Below, piece by piece: positions 11,401 through 25,740 of a DNA stretch of 64,000 nt (positions are counted from its first letter, which is position 1; every line of letters begins with the position of its first letter). Under the pieces are notes generated by a model. That model was not told the origin of the DNA, ran no database searches, and was given only the letters and a program-made list of their open reading frames with translations. A program made the translations under genes and the position numbers. Origin of the DNA: the human T2T-CHM13v2.0 reference genome, Homo sapiens; assembly GCF_009914755.1 (NCBI RefSeq), contig NC_060926.1; one strand, written 5' to 3'.

Positions 11401-14400
11401 ATATCTTCCAATAAAAGCTAGATAGAAGCAATGTCAGAAACTTTTTCATGATGTATCTACTCAGCTAACAGAGTTGAACCTTTTTTTTGAGAGAGCAGTT
11501 TTGAAACACTCTTTTTGTTGGATCTGCAGGTGGATATTTGTCTAGCTTTGAGGATTTCGTTGGAAACGGGATTACATATAAAAAGCAGACAGCAGCATTC
11601 CCAGAAACTTCTTTGTGATATTTGCATTCAAGTCAGAGACTTGAACATTCCCTTTCATAGAGCAGGTTTGAAACACTCTTTTTGTAGTATCTGGATGTGG
11701 ACATTTGGAGCGCTTTCAGGCCTATGGTGAAAAAGGAAATATCTTCCCCTGAAAACTAGACAGAAGCATTCTCAGAAACTTATTTGTGATGTGCGCCCTC
11801 AACTAACAGTGTTGAAGCTTTCTTTTGATAGAGCAGTTTTGAAACACTCTTTTTGTAAAATCTGCAAGAGGATATTTGGATAGCTTTGAGGATTTCGTTG
11901 GAAACGGGATTGTCTTCATATACAATCTAGACAGAAGCATTCTCAGAAGCTTCATTGGGATGTTTCAATTGAAGTCACAGTGTTGAACAGTCCCTTTCGT
12001 AGAGCAGGTTTGAAACACTCTTTTTGTAATATCTGGAAGTGGACATTTGGAGCGTTCTCAGGACTACGGTGAAAAAGGAAATATCTTCCAATAAAAGCTA
12101 GATAGAAGCAATGTCAGAAACTTTTTCATGATGTATCTACTCAGCTAACAGAGTTGAACCTTTCTTTTGAGAGAGCCGTTTTGAAACACTCTTTTTGTGG
12201 AATCTGCAAGTGGATATTTGTCTAGCTTTGAGGATTTCGTTGGAAACGGGATTACATATAAAAAGCAGACAGCAGCATTCCCAGAAACTTCTTTGTGATA
12301 TTTGCATTCAAGTCACAGACTTGAACATTCCCTTTCATAGATCAGGTTTGAAACACTCTTTTTGTAGTATCTGGATGTGGACATTTGGAGCGCTTTCCGG
12401 CCTATGGTGAAAAAGGAAATATCTTCCCCTGAAAACTAGACAGAAGCATTCTCAGAAACTTATTTGTGATGTGCGCCCTCAACTAACAGTGTTGAAGCTT
12501 TCTTTTGATAGAGCAGTTTTGAAACACTCTTTTTGTAAAATCTGCAAGAGGATATTTGGATAGCTTTGAGGATTTCGTTGGAAACGGGATTGTCTTCATA
12601 TACAATCTAGACAGAAGCATTCTCAGAAGCTTCATTGGGATGTTTCAATTGAAGTCACAGTGTTGAACACTCACTTTCGTAGAGCAGGTTTGAAACACTC
12701 TTTTTGTAATATCTGGAAGTGGACATTTGGAGCGTTCTCAGGACTATGGTGAAAAAGGAAATAACTTCCAATAAAAGCTAGATAGAAGCAATGTCAGAAA
12801 CTTTTTCATGATGTATCTACTCAGCTAAGAGAGTTGAACCTTTCTTTTGAGAGAGCCGTTTTGAAACACTCTTTTTGTGGAATCTGCAAGTGGATATTTG
12901 TCTAGCTTTGAGGATTTCGTTGGAAACGGGATTACATATAAAAAGCAGACAGCAGCATTCCCAGAAACTTCTTTGTGATGTTTGCATTCAAGTCACAGAG
13001 TTGAACATTCCCTTTCATAGAGCAGGTTTGAAACACTCTTTTTGTAGTATCTGGATGTGGACATTTGGAGCGCTTTCAGGCCTATGGTGAAAAAGGAAAT
13101 ATCTTCCCCTGAAAACTAGACAGAAGCATTCTCAGAAACTTATTTGTGATGTGCGCCCTCAACTAACAGTGTTAAACCTTTCTTTTGATAGAGTAGTTTT
13201 GAAACACTCTTTGTAAAATCTGCAAGAGGATATTTGGATAGCTTTGAGGATTTCTTTGGAAACGGGATTGTCTTCATATAAAATCTAGACAAAAGCATTC
13301 TCAGAAGCTTCATTGGGATGTTTCAATTGAAGTCACAGTGTTGAACAGTCCCTTTCATAGAGCATGTTTGAAACACTCTTTTTGTAGTATCTGGAAGTTG
13401 ACATTTGGAGCGTTTTCAGGACTACGGTGAAAAAGGAAATATCTTCCAAATAAAGCTAGATAGAAGCAATGTCAGAAAATTTTTCATTATGTATCTACTC
13501 AGCTAACAGAATTTAACCTTTCTTTTGAGAGAGAAGTTTTGAAACACTCTTTTTGTGGAATCTGCAAGTGGATATTTGTCTAGGTTTGAGGATTTCGTTG
13601 GAAACCGTATTACATATGAAAAGCAGACAGCAGCATTCCCAGAAACTTCTTTGTCATGTTTGCATTCAAGTCACAGAGTTGAACATTCCCTTTCATAGAG
13701 CAGGTTTGAAACACTCTTTTTGTAGTATCTGGATGTGGACATTTGGAGCGCTTTCAGGCCTATGGTGAAAAAGGAAATATCTTCCCCTGAAAACTAGACA
13801 GAAGCATTCTCAGAAACTTATTTGTGATGTGCACCCTCAACTAACAGTGTTGAAGCTTTCTTTTGACAGAGCAGTTTGAAACACTCTTTTTGTAAAATCT
13901 GCAAGAGGATATTTGGATTGCTTTGAGGATTTCGGAGGAAATGGGATTGTCTTCATATAAACTCTAGACAGTAGCATTCTCAGAAGCTTCATTGGGATGT
14001 TTCAATTGAAGTCACAGTGTTGAACAGTCCGTTTCATAGAGCAGGTTTGAAACACTCTTTTTGTAGTATCTGGAAGTGGACATTTGGAGCGCTCTCAGGA
14101 CTACGGTGAAAAAGGAAATATCTTCCAATAAAAGCTAGATAGAAGCAATGTCAGAAACTTTTTCATGATGTATCTACTCAGCTAACAGAGTTGAACCTTT
14201 TTTTTGAGAGAGCAGTTTTGAAACACTCTTTTTGTTCGATCTGCAGGTGGATATTTGTCTAGGTTTGAGGATTTCGTTGGAAACGGGATTACATATAAAA
14301 AACAGACAGCAGCATTCCCAGAAACTTCTTTGTGATGTTTGCATTCAAGTCACAGAGTTGAACATTCCCTTTCATAGAGCAGGTTTGAAACACTATTTTT

Positions 14401-17400
14401 GTAGTATCTGGATGTGGACATTTGGAGCGCTCTCAGGCCTATGGTGAAAAAGGAAATATCTTCCCCTGCAAACTAGACAGAAGCATTCTCAGAAACTTAT
14501 TTGTGATGTGCGCCCTCAACTAACAATGTTGAACCTTTCTGTTGATAGAGTAGTTTTGAAACACTCTTTTTGTAAAATCTGCAAGAGGATATTTGGATAG
14601 CTTTGAGGATTTCGTTGGAAACGGGATTGTCTTCATATAAAATCTAGACAGAAGCGTTCTCAGAAGCTTCATTGGGATGTTTCAATTGAAGTCACAGTGT
14701 TGAACAGTCCCTTTCATAGAGCAGGTTTGAAACACTCTTTTTGTAATATCTGGAAGTGGACATTTGGAGCGCTCTCAGGAATACGGTGAAAAAGGAAATA
14801 TCTTCCAATAAAAGCTAGATAGAAGCAATGTCAGAAACTTTTTCATGATGTATCTACTCAGGTAACAGAGTTGACGCTTTCTTTTGAGAGAGGAGTTTTG
14901 AAACACTCTTTTTGTGGAATCTGCAAGTGGATATTTGTCTAGCTTTGAGGATTTCGTTGGAAACGGGATTATATATAAAAAGCAGACAGCAGCATTCCCA
15001 GAAATTTCTTTGTGATGTTTGCATTCAGGTCACAGAGTTGAACATTCCCTTTCTTAGAGCAGGTTTAAAACACTCTTTTTGTAGTATCTGGATGTGGACA
15101 TTTGGAGCGCTTTCAGGCCTATGGTGAAAAAGGGAATATCTTCCCCTGAAAACTAGAGAGAAGCATTCTCAGAATCTTATTTGTGATGTGCGCCCTCAAC
15201 TAACAGTGTTGAAGCTCTCTTTTGATAGAGCAGTTTTGAAACACACTTTTTGTAAAATCTGCAAGAGGATATTTGATTAGCTTTGAGGATTTCGTTGGAA
15301 ATGGGATTGTCTTCATATAAACTCTAGACAGAAGCATTCTCAGAAGCTTCATTGGGATGTTTCAATTGAAGTCACGGTGTTGAACAGTCCCTTTTATAGA
15401 GCAGGTTTGAAACACTCTTTTTGTAGTATCTGGAAGTGGACATTTGGAGCGCTCTCAGGACTACTGTGAAAAAGGAAATATCTTCCAATAAAAGCTAGAT
15501 TGAAGCAATGTCAGAAACTTTTTCATGATGTATCTACTCAGCTAACAGAGTTGAACCTTTCTTTTGAGAGAGCAGTTTTGAAACACTCTTTTTATGGAAT
15601 CTGCAAGTGGATATTTGTCTAGCTTTGAGGATTTCGTTGGAAACGGGATTACAGATAAAAAGCAGACAGCAGCATTCCCAGAAACTTCTTTGTGATGTTT
15701 GCATTCAAGTCACAGAGTTGAACATTCCCTTTCATAGAGCAGGTTTGAAACACTCTTTTTGTAGTATCTGGATGTGGACATTTGGAGCGCTTTCAGGCCT
15801 ATGGTGAAAAAGGAAATATCTTCCCTGAAAATTAGACAGAAGCATTCTCAGAAACTTATTTGTGATGTGCGCCCTCAACTAACAGTGTGGAACTTTTCTT
15901 TTGATAGAGCAGTTTTGAAACACTCTTTTTGTAAAATCTGCAAGAGGATATTTGGATAGCTTTGAGGATTTCGTTGGAAACGGGATTGTCTTCATATAGA
16001 ATCTACACAGAAGCATTCTCAGAAGCTTCATTGGGATGTTTCAATTGAAGTCACAGTGTTGAACAGTCCCTTTCATAGAGCAGGTTTGAAACACTCTTTT
16101 TGTAGTATCTGGAAGTGGACATTTGGAGCGCTCTCAGGACTACTGTGAAAAAGGAAATATCTTCCAATAAAAGCTAGATTGAAGCAATGTCAGAAACTTT
16201 TTCATGATGTATCTACTCAGCTAACAGAGTTGAACCTTTCTTTTGAGAGAGCCGTTTTGAAACACTCTTTTTGTGGAATCTGCAAGTGGATATTGGTCTA
16301 GCTTTGAGGATTTCGTTGGAAACGGGATTACATAGAAAAAGCAGACAGCAGCATTCCCAGAAACTTCTTTGTGATATTTGCATTCAAGTCACAGACTTGA
16401 ACATTCCCTTTCATAGAGCAGGTTTGAAACACTCTTTTTGTAGTATCTGGATGTGGACATTTGGAGCGCTTTCAAGCCTATGGTGAAAAAGGAAATATCT
16501 TCCCCTGAAAACTAGACAGAAGCATTCTCAGAAACTTATTTGTGATGTGCGCCCTCAACTAACAGTGTTGAACTTTTCTTTTGATAGAGCAGTTTTGAAA
16601 CACTCTTTTTGTAAAATCTGCAAGAGGATATTTGGATAGCTTTGAGGATTTCGTTGGAAACGGGATTGTCTTCATATAAAATCTAGACAGAAGCATTCTC
16701 AGAAGCTTCATTGGGATGTTTCAATTGAAGTCACAGTGTTGAACAGTCCCTTTCATAGAGCATGTTTGAAACAATCTTTTTGTAGTATCTGGAAGTGGAC
16801 ATTTGGAGCGCTCTCAGGACTACGGTGAAAAAGGAAATATCTTCCAAATAAAGCTAGATAGAAGCAATGTCAGAAAATTTTTCATGATGTATCTATTCAG
16901 CTAACAGAGTTGAACCTTTCTTTTGACAGAGCAGTTTTGAAACACTCTTTTTGTGGAATCTGCAAGTGGATATTTGTCTAGCTTTGAGGATTTCGTTGGA
17001 AACGGGATTACATATAAAAAGCAGACAGCAGCATTCCCAGAAACTTCTTTGTGATATTTGCATTCAAGTCACAGACTTGAACATTCCCTTTCATAGAGCA
17101 GGTTTGAAACACTCTTTTTGTAGTATCTGGATGTGGACATTTGGAGCGCTTTCAGGCCTATGGTGAAAAAGGAAATATCTTCCCCTGAAAACTAGACAGA
17201 AGCATTCTCAGAAACTTATTTGTGATGTGCGCCCTCAACTAACAGTGTTGAAGCTTTCTTTTGATAGAGCAGTTTTGAAACACTCTTTTTGTAAAATCTG
17301 CAAGAGGATATTTGGATAGCTTTGAGGATTTCGTTGGAAACGGGATTGTCTTCATATACAATCTAGACAGAAGCATTCTCAGAAGCTTCATTGGGATGTT

Positions 17401-20400
17401 TCAATTAAAGTCACAGTGTTGAACAGTCCCTATGGTAGAGCAGGTTTGAAACACTCTTTTTGTAATATCTGGAAGTGGAGATTTGGAGCGCTCTCAGGAC
17501 TACGGTGAAAAAGGAAATATCTTCCAATAAAAGCTAGATAGAAGCAATGTCAGAAACTTTTTCATGATGTATCTACTCAGCTAACAGAGTTGAACCTTTT
17601 TTTTGAGAGAGCAGTTTTGAAACACTCTTTTTGTTGGATCTGCAGGTGGATATTTGTCTAGCTTTGAGGATTTCGTTGGAAACGGGATTACATATAAAAA
17701 GCAGACAGCAGCATTCCCAGAAACTTCTTTGTGATATTTGCATTCAAGTCAGAGACTTGAACATTCCCTTTCATAGAGCAGGTTTGAAACACTCTTTTTG
17801 TAGTATCTGGATGTGGACATTTGGAGCGCTTTCAGGCCTATGGTGAAAAAGGAAATATCTTCCCCTGAAAACTAGACAGAAGCATTCTCAGAAACTTATT
17901 TGTGATGTGCGCCCTCAACTAACAGTGTTGAAGCTTTCTTTTGATAGAGCAGTTTTGAAACACTCTTTTTGTAAAATCTGCAAGAGGATATTTGGATAGC
18001 TTTGAGGATTTCGTTGGAAACGGGATTGTCTTCATATACAATCTAGACAGAAGCATTCTCAGAAGCTTCATTGGGATGTTTCAATTGAAGTCACAGTGTT
18101 GAACAGTCCCTTTCGTAGAGCAGGTTTGAAACACTCTTTTTGTAATATCTGGAAGTGGACATTTGGAGCGTTCTCAGGACTATGGTGAAAAAGGAAATAT
18201 CTTCCAATAAAAGCTAGATAGAAGCAATGTCAGAAACTTTTTCATGATGTATCTACTCAGCTAACAGAGTTGAACCTTTCTTTTGAGAGAGCCGTTTTGA
18301 AACACTCTTTTTGTGGAATCTGCAAGTGGATATTTGTCTAGCTTTGAGGATTTCGTTGGAAACGGGATTACATATAAAAAGCAGACAGCAGCATTCCCAG
18401 AAACTTCTTTGTGATATTTGCATTCAAGTCACAGACTTGAACATTCCCTTTCATAGATCAGGTTTGAAACACTCTTTTTGTAGTATCTGGATGTGGACAT
18501 TTGGAGCGCTTTCCGGCCTATGGTGAAAAAGGAAATATCTTCCCCTGAAAACTAGACAGAAGCATTCTCAGAAACTTATTTGTGATGTGCGCCCTCAACT
18601 AACAGTGTTGAAGCTTTCTTTTGATAGAGCAGTTTTGAAACACTCTTTTTGTAAAATCTGCAAGAGGATATTTGGATAGCTTTGAGGATTTCGTTGGAAA
18701 CGGGATTGTCTTCATATACAATCTAGACAGAAGCATTCTCAGAAGCTTCATTGGGATGTTTCAATTGAAGTCACAGTGTTGAACACTCATTTTCGTAGAG
18801 CAGGATTGAAACACTCTTTTTGTAATATCTGGAAGTGGACATTTGGAGCGTTCTCAGGACTATGGTGAAAAAGGAAATAACTTCCAATAAAAGCTAGATA
18901 GAAGCAATGTCAGAAACTTTTTCATGATGTATCTACTCAGCTAAGAGAGTTGAACCTTTCTTTTGAGAGAGCCGTTTTGAAACACTCTTTTTGTGGAATC
19001 TGCAAGTGGATATTTGTCTAGCTTTGAGGATTTCGTTGGAAACGGGATTACATATAAAAAGCAGACAGCAGCATTCCCAGAAACTTCTTTGTGATGTTTG
19101 CATTCAAGTCACAGAGTTGAACATTCCCTTTCATAGAGCAGGTTTGAAACACTCTTTTTGTAGTATCTGGATGTGGACATTTGGAGCGCTTTCAGGCCTA
19201 TGGTGAAAAAGGAAATATCTTCCCCTGAAAACTAGACAGAAGCATTCTCAGAAACTTATTTGTGATGTGCGCCCTCAACTAACAGTGTTAAACCTTTCTT
19301 TTGATAGAGTAGTTTTGAAACACTCTTTGTAAAATCTGCAAGAGGATATTTGGATAGCTTTGAGGATTTCTTTGGAAACGGGATTGTCTTCATATAAAAT
19401 CTAGACAAAAGCATTCTCAGAAGCTTCATTGGGATGTTTCAATTGAAGTCACAGTGTTGAACAGTCCCTTTCATAGAGCATGTTTGAAACACTCTTTTTG
19501 TAGTATCTGGAAGTTGACATTTGGAGCGTTTTCAGGACTACGGTGAAAAAGGAAATATCTTCCAAATAAAGCTAGATAGAAGCAATGTCAGAAAATTTTT
19601 CATTATGTATCTACTCAGCTAACAGAATTTAACCTTTCTTTTGAGAGAGAAGTTTTGAAACACTCTTTTTGTGGAATCTGCAAGTGGATATTTGTCTAGG
19701 TTTGAGGATTTCGTTGGAAACCGTATTACATATGAAAAGCAGACAGCAGCATTCCCAGAAACTTCTTTGTCATGTTTGCATTCAAGTCACAGAGTTGAAC
19801 ATTCCCTTTCATAGAGCAGGTTTGAAACACTCTTTTTGTAGTATCTGGATGTGGACATTTGGAGCGCTTTCAGGCCTATGGTGAAAAAGGAAATATCTTC
19901 CCCTGAAAACTAGACAGAAGCATTCTCAGAAACTTATTTGTGATGTGCACCCTCAACTAACAGTGTTGAAGCTTTCTTTTGACAGAGCAGTTTGAAACAC
20001 TCTTTTTGTAAAATCTGCAAGAGGATATTTGGATTGCTTTGAGGATTTCGGAGGAAATGGGATTGTCTTCATATAAACTCTAGACAGTAGCATTCTCAGA
20101 AGCTTCATTGGGATGTTTCAATTGAAGTCACAGTGTTGAACAGTCCGTTTCATAGAGCAGGTTTGAAACACTCTTTTTGTAGTATCTGGAAGTGGACATT
20201 TGGAGCGCTCTCAGGACTACGGTGAAAAAGGAAATATCTTCCAATAAAAGCTAGATAGAAGCAATGTCAGAAACTTTTTCATGATGTATCTACTCAGCTA
20301 ACAGAGTTGAACCTTTTTTTTGAGAGAGCAGTTTTGAAACACTCTTTTTGTTCGATCTGCAGGTGGATATTTGTCTAGGTTTGAGGATTTCGTTGGAAAC

Positions 20401-20750
20401 GGGATTACATATAAAAAACAGACAGCAGCATTCCCAGAAACTTCTTTGTGATGTTTGCATTCAAGTCACAGAGTTGAACATTCCCTTTCATAGAGCAGGT
20501 TTGAAACACTATTTTTGTAGTATCTGGATGTGGACATTTGGAGCGCTCTCAGGCCTATGGTGAAAAAGGAAATATCTTCCCCTGCAAACTAGACAGAAGC
20601 ATTCTCAGAAACTTATTTGTGATGTGCGCCCTCAACTAACAATGTTGAACCTTTCTGTTGATAGAGTAGTTTTGAAACACTCTTTTTGTAAAATCTGCAA
20701 GAGGATATTTGGATAGCTTTGAGGATTTCGTTGGAAACGGGATTGTCTTC
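8500..20750 (+). repeat. Tandem duplication of a 9-HOR block (6116-6117 bp)
   Basis: Private variants recur at this offset: gaagcgttct 8535/14651; ORF variants 8795/14912, 10155/16271, 11515/17631, 12195/18311, 13553/19669 and 14232/20348. The junction lies at about 14555-14637. Confidence 0.9.
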
Positions 20751-23700
20751 ATATTAACCCTAGACAGTAGCATTCTCAGAAGGTTCATTGTGATGTTTCA
20801 ATTGAAGTCACAGTGTTGAACAGTCACTTTCATAGAGCAGGTTTGAAACACTCTTTTTGTAGCATCTGGAAGTGGACATTTGGAGCGCTCTCAGGACTAC
20901 GGTGAAAAAGGAAATATCTTCCAATAAAAGCTAGATAGAAGCAATGTCAGAAACTTTTTCATGATGTATCTACTCTGCTAAAAGAGTTGAACATTTCTTT
21001 TCTGAGAGCAGTTTTGAAACACTATTTTTGTGGAATCTGCAAGTGGATATTTGTCTAGCTTTGAGGATTCCGTTGGAAACGGGATTACATAGAAAAAGCA
21101 GACAGCAGCATTCCCAGAAACTTCTTTGTGAAATTTGCATTCAAGTCACAGACTTGAACATTCCCTTTCATAGAGCAGGTTTGAAACACTCTTTTTGTAG
21201 TATCTGGATGTGGACGTTTGGAGCGCTTTCAGGCCTATGGTGAAAAAGGAAATATCTTCCCCTGAAAACTAGACAGAAGCATTCTCAGAAACTTATTTGT
21301 GATGTGCGCCCTCAACTAACAGTGTTGAACCTTTCTTTTGATAGAGTAGTTTTGAAACACTCTTTTTGTAAAATCTGCAAGAGGATATTTGGATAGCTTT
21401 GAGTATTTCGTTGGAAACGGGATTGTCTTCATATAAACTCTAGACAGTAGCATTCTGAGAAGCTTCATTGGGATGTTTCAATTGAAGTCACAGTGTTGAA
21501 CAGTCCATTTCATAGAGCAGGTTTGAAACTCTCTTTTTGTAGCATCTGGAAGTGGACATTTGGAGCGCTCTCAGGACTACGGTGAAAAAGGAAATATCTT
21601 CCAATAAAAGTTAGATAGAAGCAATGTGAGAAACTTTTTCATGATGTATCTACTCAGCTAAAAGAGTTGAACCTTTCTTTTGAGAGAGCAGTTTTGAAAC
21701 ACTCTTTTTGTGGAATCTGCAAGTGGATATTTGTCTAGCTTTGAGGATTTCTTTGGAAACGGGATTACATATAAAAAGCAGACAGCAGCATTCCCAGAAA
21801 CTTCTTTGTGATGTTTGCATTCAAGTCACAGAGTTGAACATTCCCTTTCATAGAGCAGGTTTGAAACACTCTTTTTGTAGTATCTGGATGTGGACATTTG
21901 GAGCGCTCTCAGGCCTATGGTGAAAAAGGAAATATCTTCCTCTGAAAACTAGACAGAAGCATTCTCAGAAAGTTATTTGTGATGTGCGCCCTCAACTAAC
22001 AGTGTTGAACTTTTCTTTTGATAGAGCAGTTTTGAAACACTCTTTTTGTAAAATCTGCAAGAGGATATTTGGATAGCTTTGAGGATTTCGTTGGAAACGG
22101 GATTGTCTTCATATAAAATCTAGACAGAAGCATTCTCAGAAGCTTCATTGGGATGTTTCAATTGAAGTCACAGTGTTGAACAGTCCCTTTCATAGAGCAT
22201 GTTTGAAACAATCTTTTTGTAGTATCTGGAAGTGGACATTTGGAGCGCTCTCAGGACTACGGTGAAAAAGGAAATATCTTCCAAATAAAGCTAGATAGAA
22301 GCAATGTCAGAAAATTTTTCATGATGTATCTATTCAGCTAACAGAGTTGAACCTTTCTTTTGACAGAGCAGTTTTGAAACACTCTTTTTGTGGAATCTGC
22401 AAGTGGATATTTGTCTAGCTTTGAGGATTTCGTTGGAAACGGGATTACATATAAAAAGCAGACAGCAGCATTCCCAGAAACTTCTTTGTGATATTTGCAT
22501 TCAAGTCACAGACTTGAACATTCCCTTTCATAGAGCAGGTTTGAAACACTCTTTTTGTAGTATCTGGATGTGGACATTTGGAGCGCTTTCCGGCCTATGG
22601 TGAAAAAGGAAATATCTTCCCCTGAAAACTAGACAGAAGCATTCTCAGAAACTTAATTGTGATGTGCGCCCTCAACTAACAGTGTTGAAGCTTTCTTTTG
22701 ATAGAGCAGTTTTGAAACACTCTTTTTGTAAAATCTGCAAGAGGATATTTGGATAGCTTTGAGGATTTCGTTGGAAACGGGATTGTCTTCATATACAATC
22801 TAGACAGAAGCATTCTCAGAAGCTTCATTGGGATGTTTCAATTGAAGTTACAGTGTTGAACACTCCCTTTCGTAGAGCAGGTTTGAAACACTCTTTTTGT
22901 AATATCTGGAAGTGGACATTTGGAGCGTTCTCAGGACTATGGTGAAAAAGGAAATAACTTCCAATAAAAGCTAGATAGAAGCAATGTCAGAAACTTTTTC
23001 ATGATGTATCTACTCAGCTAACAGAGTTGAACCTTTCTTTTGAGAGAGCCGTTTTGAAACACTCTTTTTGTGGAATCTGCAAGTGGATATTTGTCTAGCT
23101 TTGAGGATTTCGTTGAAAACGGGATTACATATAAAAAGCAGACAGCAGCATTCCCAGAAACTTCTTTGTGATGTTTGCATTCAAGTCACAGAGTTGAACA
23201 TTCCCTTTCATAGAGCAGGTTTGAAACACTCTTTTTGTAGTATCTGGATGTGGACATTTGGAGCGCTTTCAGGCCTATGGTGAAAAAGGAAATATCTTCC
23301 CCTGAAAACTAGACAGAAGCATTCTCAGAAACTTATTTGTGATGTGCGCCCTCAACTAACAGTGTTAAACCTTTCTTTTGATAGAGTAGTTTTGAAACAC
23401 TCTTTGTAAAATCTGCAAGAGGATATTTTGATAGCTTTGAGGATTTCTTTGGAAACGGGATTGTCTTCATATAAAATCTAGACAAAAGCATTCTCAGAAG
23501 CTTCATTGGGATGTTTCAATTGAAGTCACAGTGTTGAACAGTCCCTTTCATAGAGCATGTTTGAAACACTCTTTTTGTAGTATCTGGAAGTTGACATTTG
23601 GAGCATTTTCAGGACTACGGTGAAAAAGGAAATATCTTCCAAATAAAGCTAGATAGAAGCAATGTCAGAAAATTTTTCATGATGTATCTACTCAGCTAAC

Positions 23701-25740
23701 AGAATTTAACCTTTCTTTTGAGAGAGAAGTTTTGAAACACTCTTTTTGTGGAATCTGCAAGTGGATATTTGTCTAGGTTTGAGGATTTCGTTGGAAACCG
23801 GATTACATATGAAAAGCAGACAGCAGCATTCCCAGAAACTTCTTTGTGATGTTTGCATTCAAGTCACAGAGTTGAACATTCCCTTTCATAGAGCAGGTTT
23901 GAAACACTCTTTTTGTAGTATCTGGATGTGGACATTTGGAGCGCTTTCAGGCCTATGGTGAAAAAGGAAATATCTTCCCCTGAAAACTAGACAGAAGCAT
24001 TCTCAGAAACTTATTTGTGATGTGCACCCTCAACTAACAGTGTTGAAGCTTTCTTTTGACAGAGCAGTTTGAAACACTCTTTTTGTAAAATCTGCAAGAG
24101 GATATTTGGATTGCTTTGAGGATTTCGGAGGAAATGGGATTGTCTTCATATAAACTCTAGACAGTAGCATTCTCAGAAGCTTCATTGGGATGTTTCAATT
24201 GAAGTCACGGTGTTGAACAGTCCGTTTCATAGAGCAGGTTTGAAACACTCTTTTTGTAGTATCTGGAAGTGGACATTTGGAGCGCTCTCAGGACTACGGT
24301 GAAAAAGGAAATATCTTCCAATAAAAGCTAGATAGAAGCAATGTCAGAAACTTTTTCATGATGTATCTACTCAGCTAACAGAGTTGAACCTTTTTTTTGA
24401 GAGAGCAGTTTTGAAACACTCTTTTTGTTCGATCTGCAGGTGGATATTTGTCTAGGTTTGAGGATTTCGTTGGAAACGGGATTACATATAAAAAACAGAC
24501 AGCAGCATTCCCAGAAACTTCTTTTTGATGTTTGCATTCAAGTCACAGAGTTGAACATTCCCTTTCATAGAGCAGGTTTGAAACACTATTTTTGTAGTAT
24601 CTGGATGTGGACATTTGGAGCGCTCTCAGGCCTATGGTGAAAAAGGAAATATCTTCCCCTGCAAACTAGACAGAAGCATTCTCAGAAACTTATTTGTGAT
24701 GTGCGCCCTCAACTAACAATGTTGAACCTTTCTGTTGATAGAGTAGTTTTGAAACACTCTTTTTGTAAAATCTGCAAGAGGATATTTGGATAGCTTTGAG
24801 GATTTCGTTGGAAACGGGATTGTCTTCATATTAACCCTAGACAGTAGCATTCTCAGAAGGTTCATTGGGATGTTTCAATTGAAGTCACAGTGTTGAACAG
24901 TCACTTTCATAGAGCAGGTTTGAAACACTCTTTTTGTAGCATCTGGAAGTGGACATTTGGAGCGCTCTCAGGACTACGGTGAAAAAGGAAATATCTTCCA
25001 ATAAAAGCTAGATAGAAGCAATGTCAGAAACTTTTTCATGATGTATCTACTCAGCTAAAAGAGTTGAACCTTTCTTTTCTGAGAGCAGTTTTGAAACACT
25101 ATTTTTGTGGAATCTGCAAGTGGATATTTGTCTAGCTTTGAGGATTCCGTTGGAAACGGGATTACATAGAAAAAGCAGACAGCAGCATTCCCAGAAACTT
25201 CTTTGTGAAATTTGCATTCAAGTCACAGACTTGAACATTCCCTTTCATAGAGCAGGTTTGAAACACTCTTTTTGTAGTATCTGGATGTGGACGTTTGGAG
25301 CGCTTTCAGGCCTATGGTGAAAAAGGAAATATCTTCCCCTGAAAACTAGACAGAAGCATTCTCAGAAACTTATTTGTGATGTGCGCCCTCAACTAACAGT
25401 GTTGAACCTTTCTTTTGATAGAGTAGTTTTGAAACACTCTTTTTGTAAAATCTGCAAGAGGATATTTGGATAGCTTTGAGTATTTCGTTGGAAACGGGAT
25501 TGTCTTCATATAAACTCTAGACAGTAGCATTCTGAGAAGCTTCATTGGGATGTTTCAATTGAAGTCACAGTGTTGAACAGTCCCTTTCATAGAGCAGGTT
25601 TGAAACACTCTTTTTGTAGCATCTGGAAGTGGACATTTGGAGCGCTCTCAGGACTACGGTGAAAAAGGAAATATCTTCCAATAAAAGCTAGATAGAAGCA
25701 ATGTGAGAAACTTTTTCATGATGTATCTACTCAGCTAAAA
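18300..25740 (+). repeat. Older, diverged 6-HOR (4077-bp offset) repeat nested in the 11-HOR block; repeated in the second copy
   Basis: ORF starts 18311/22388, 18991/23068, 19669/23746, 20348/24425 and 21028/25105 share the same 2-bp and 1-bp deletions but differ by several substitutions. Confidence 0.85.
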
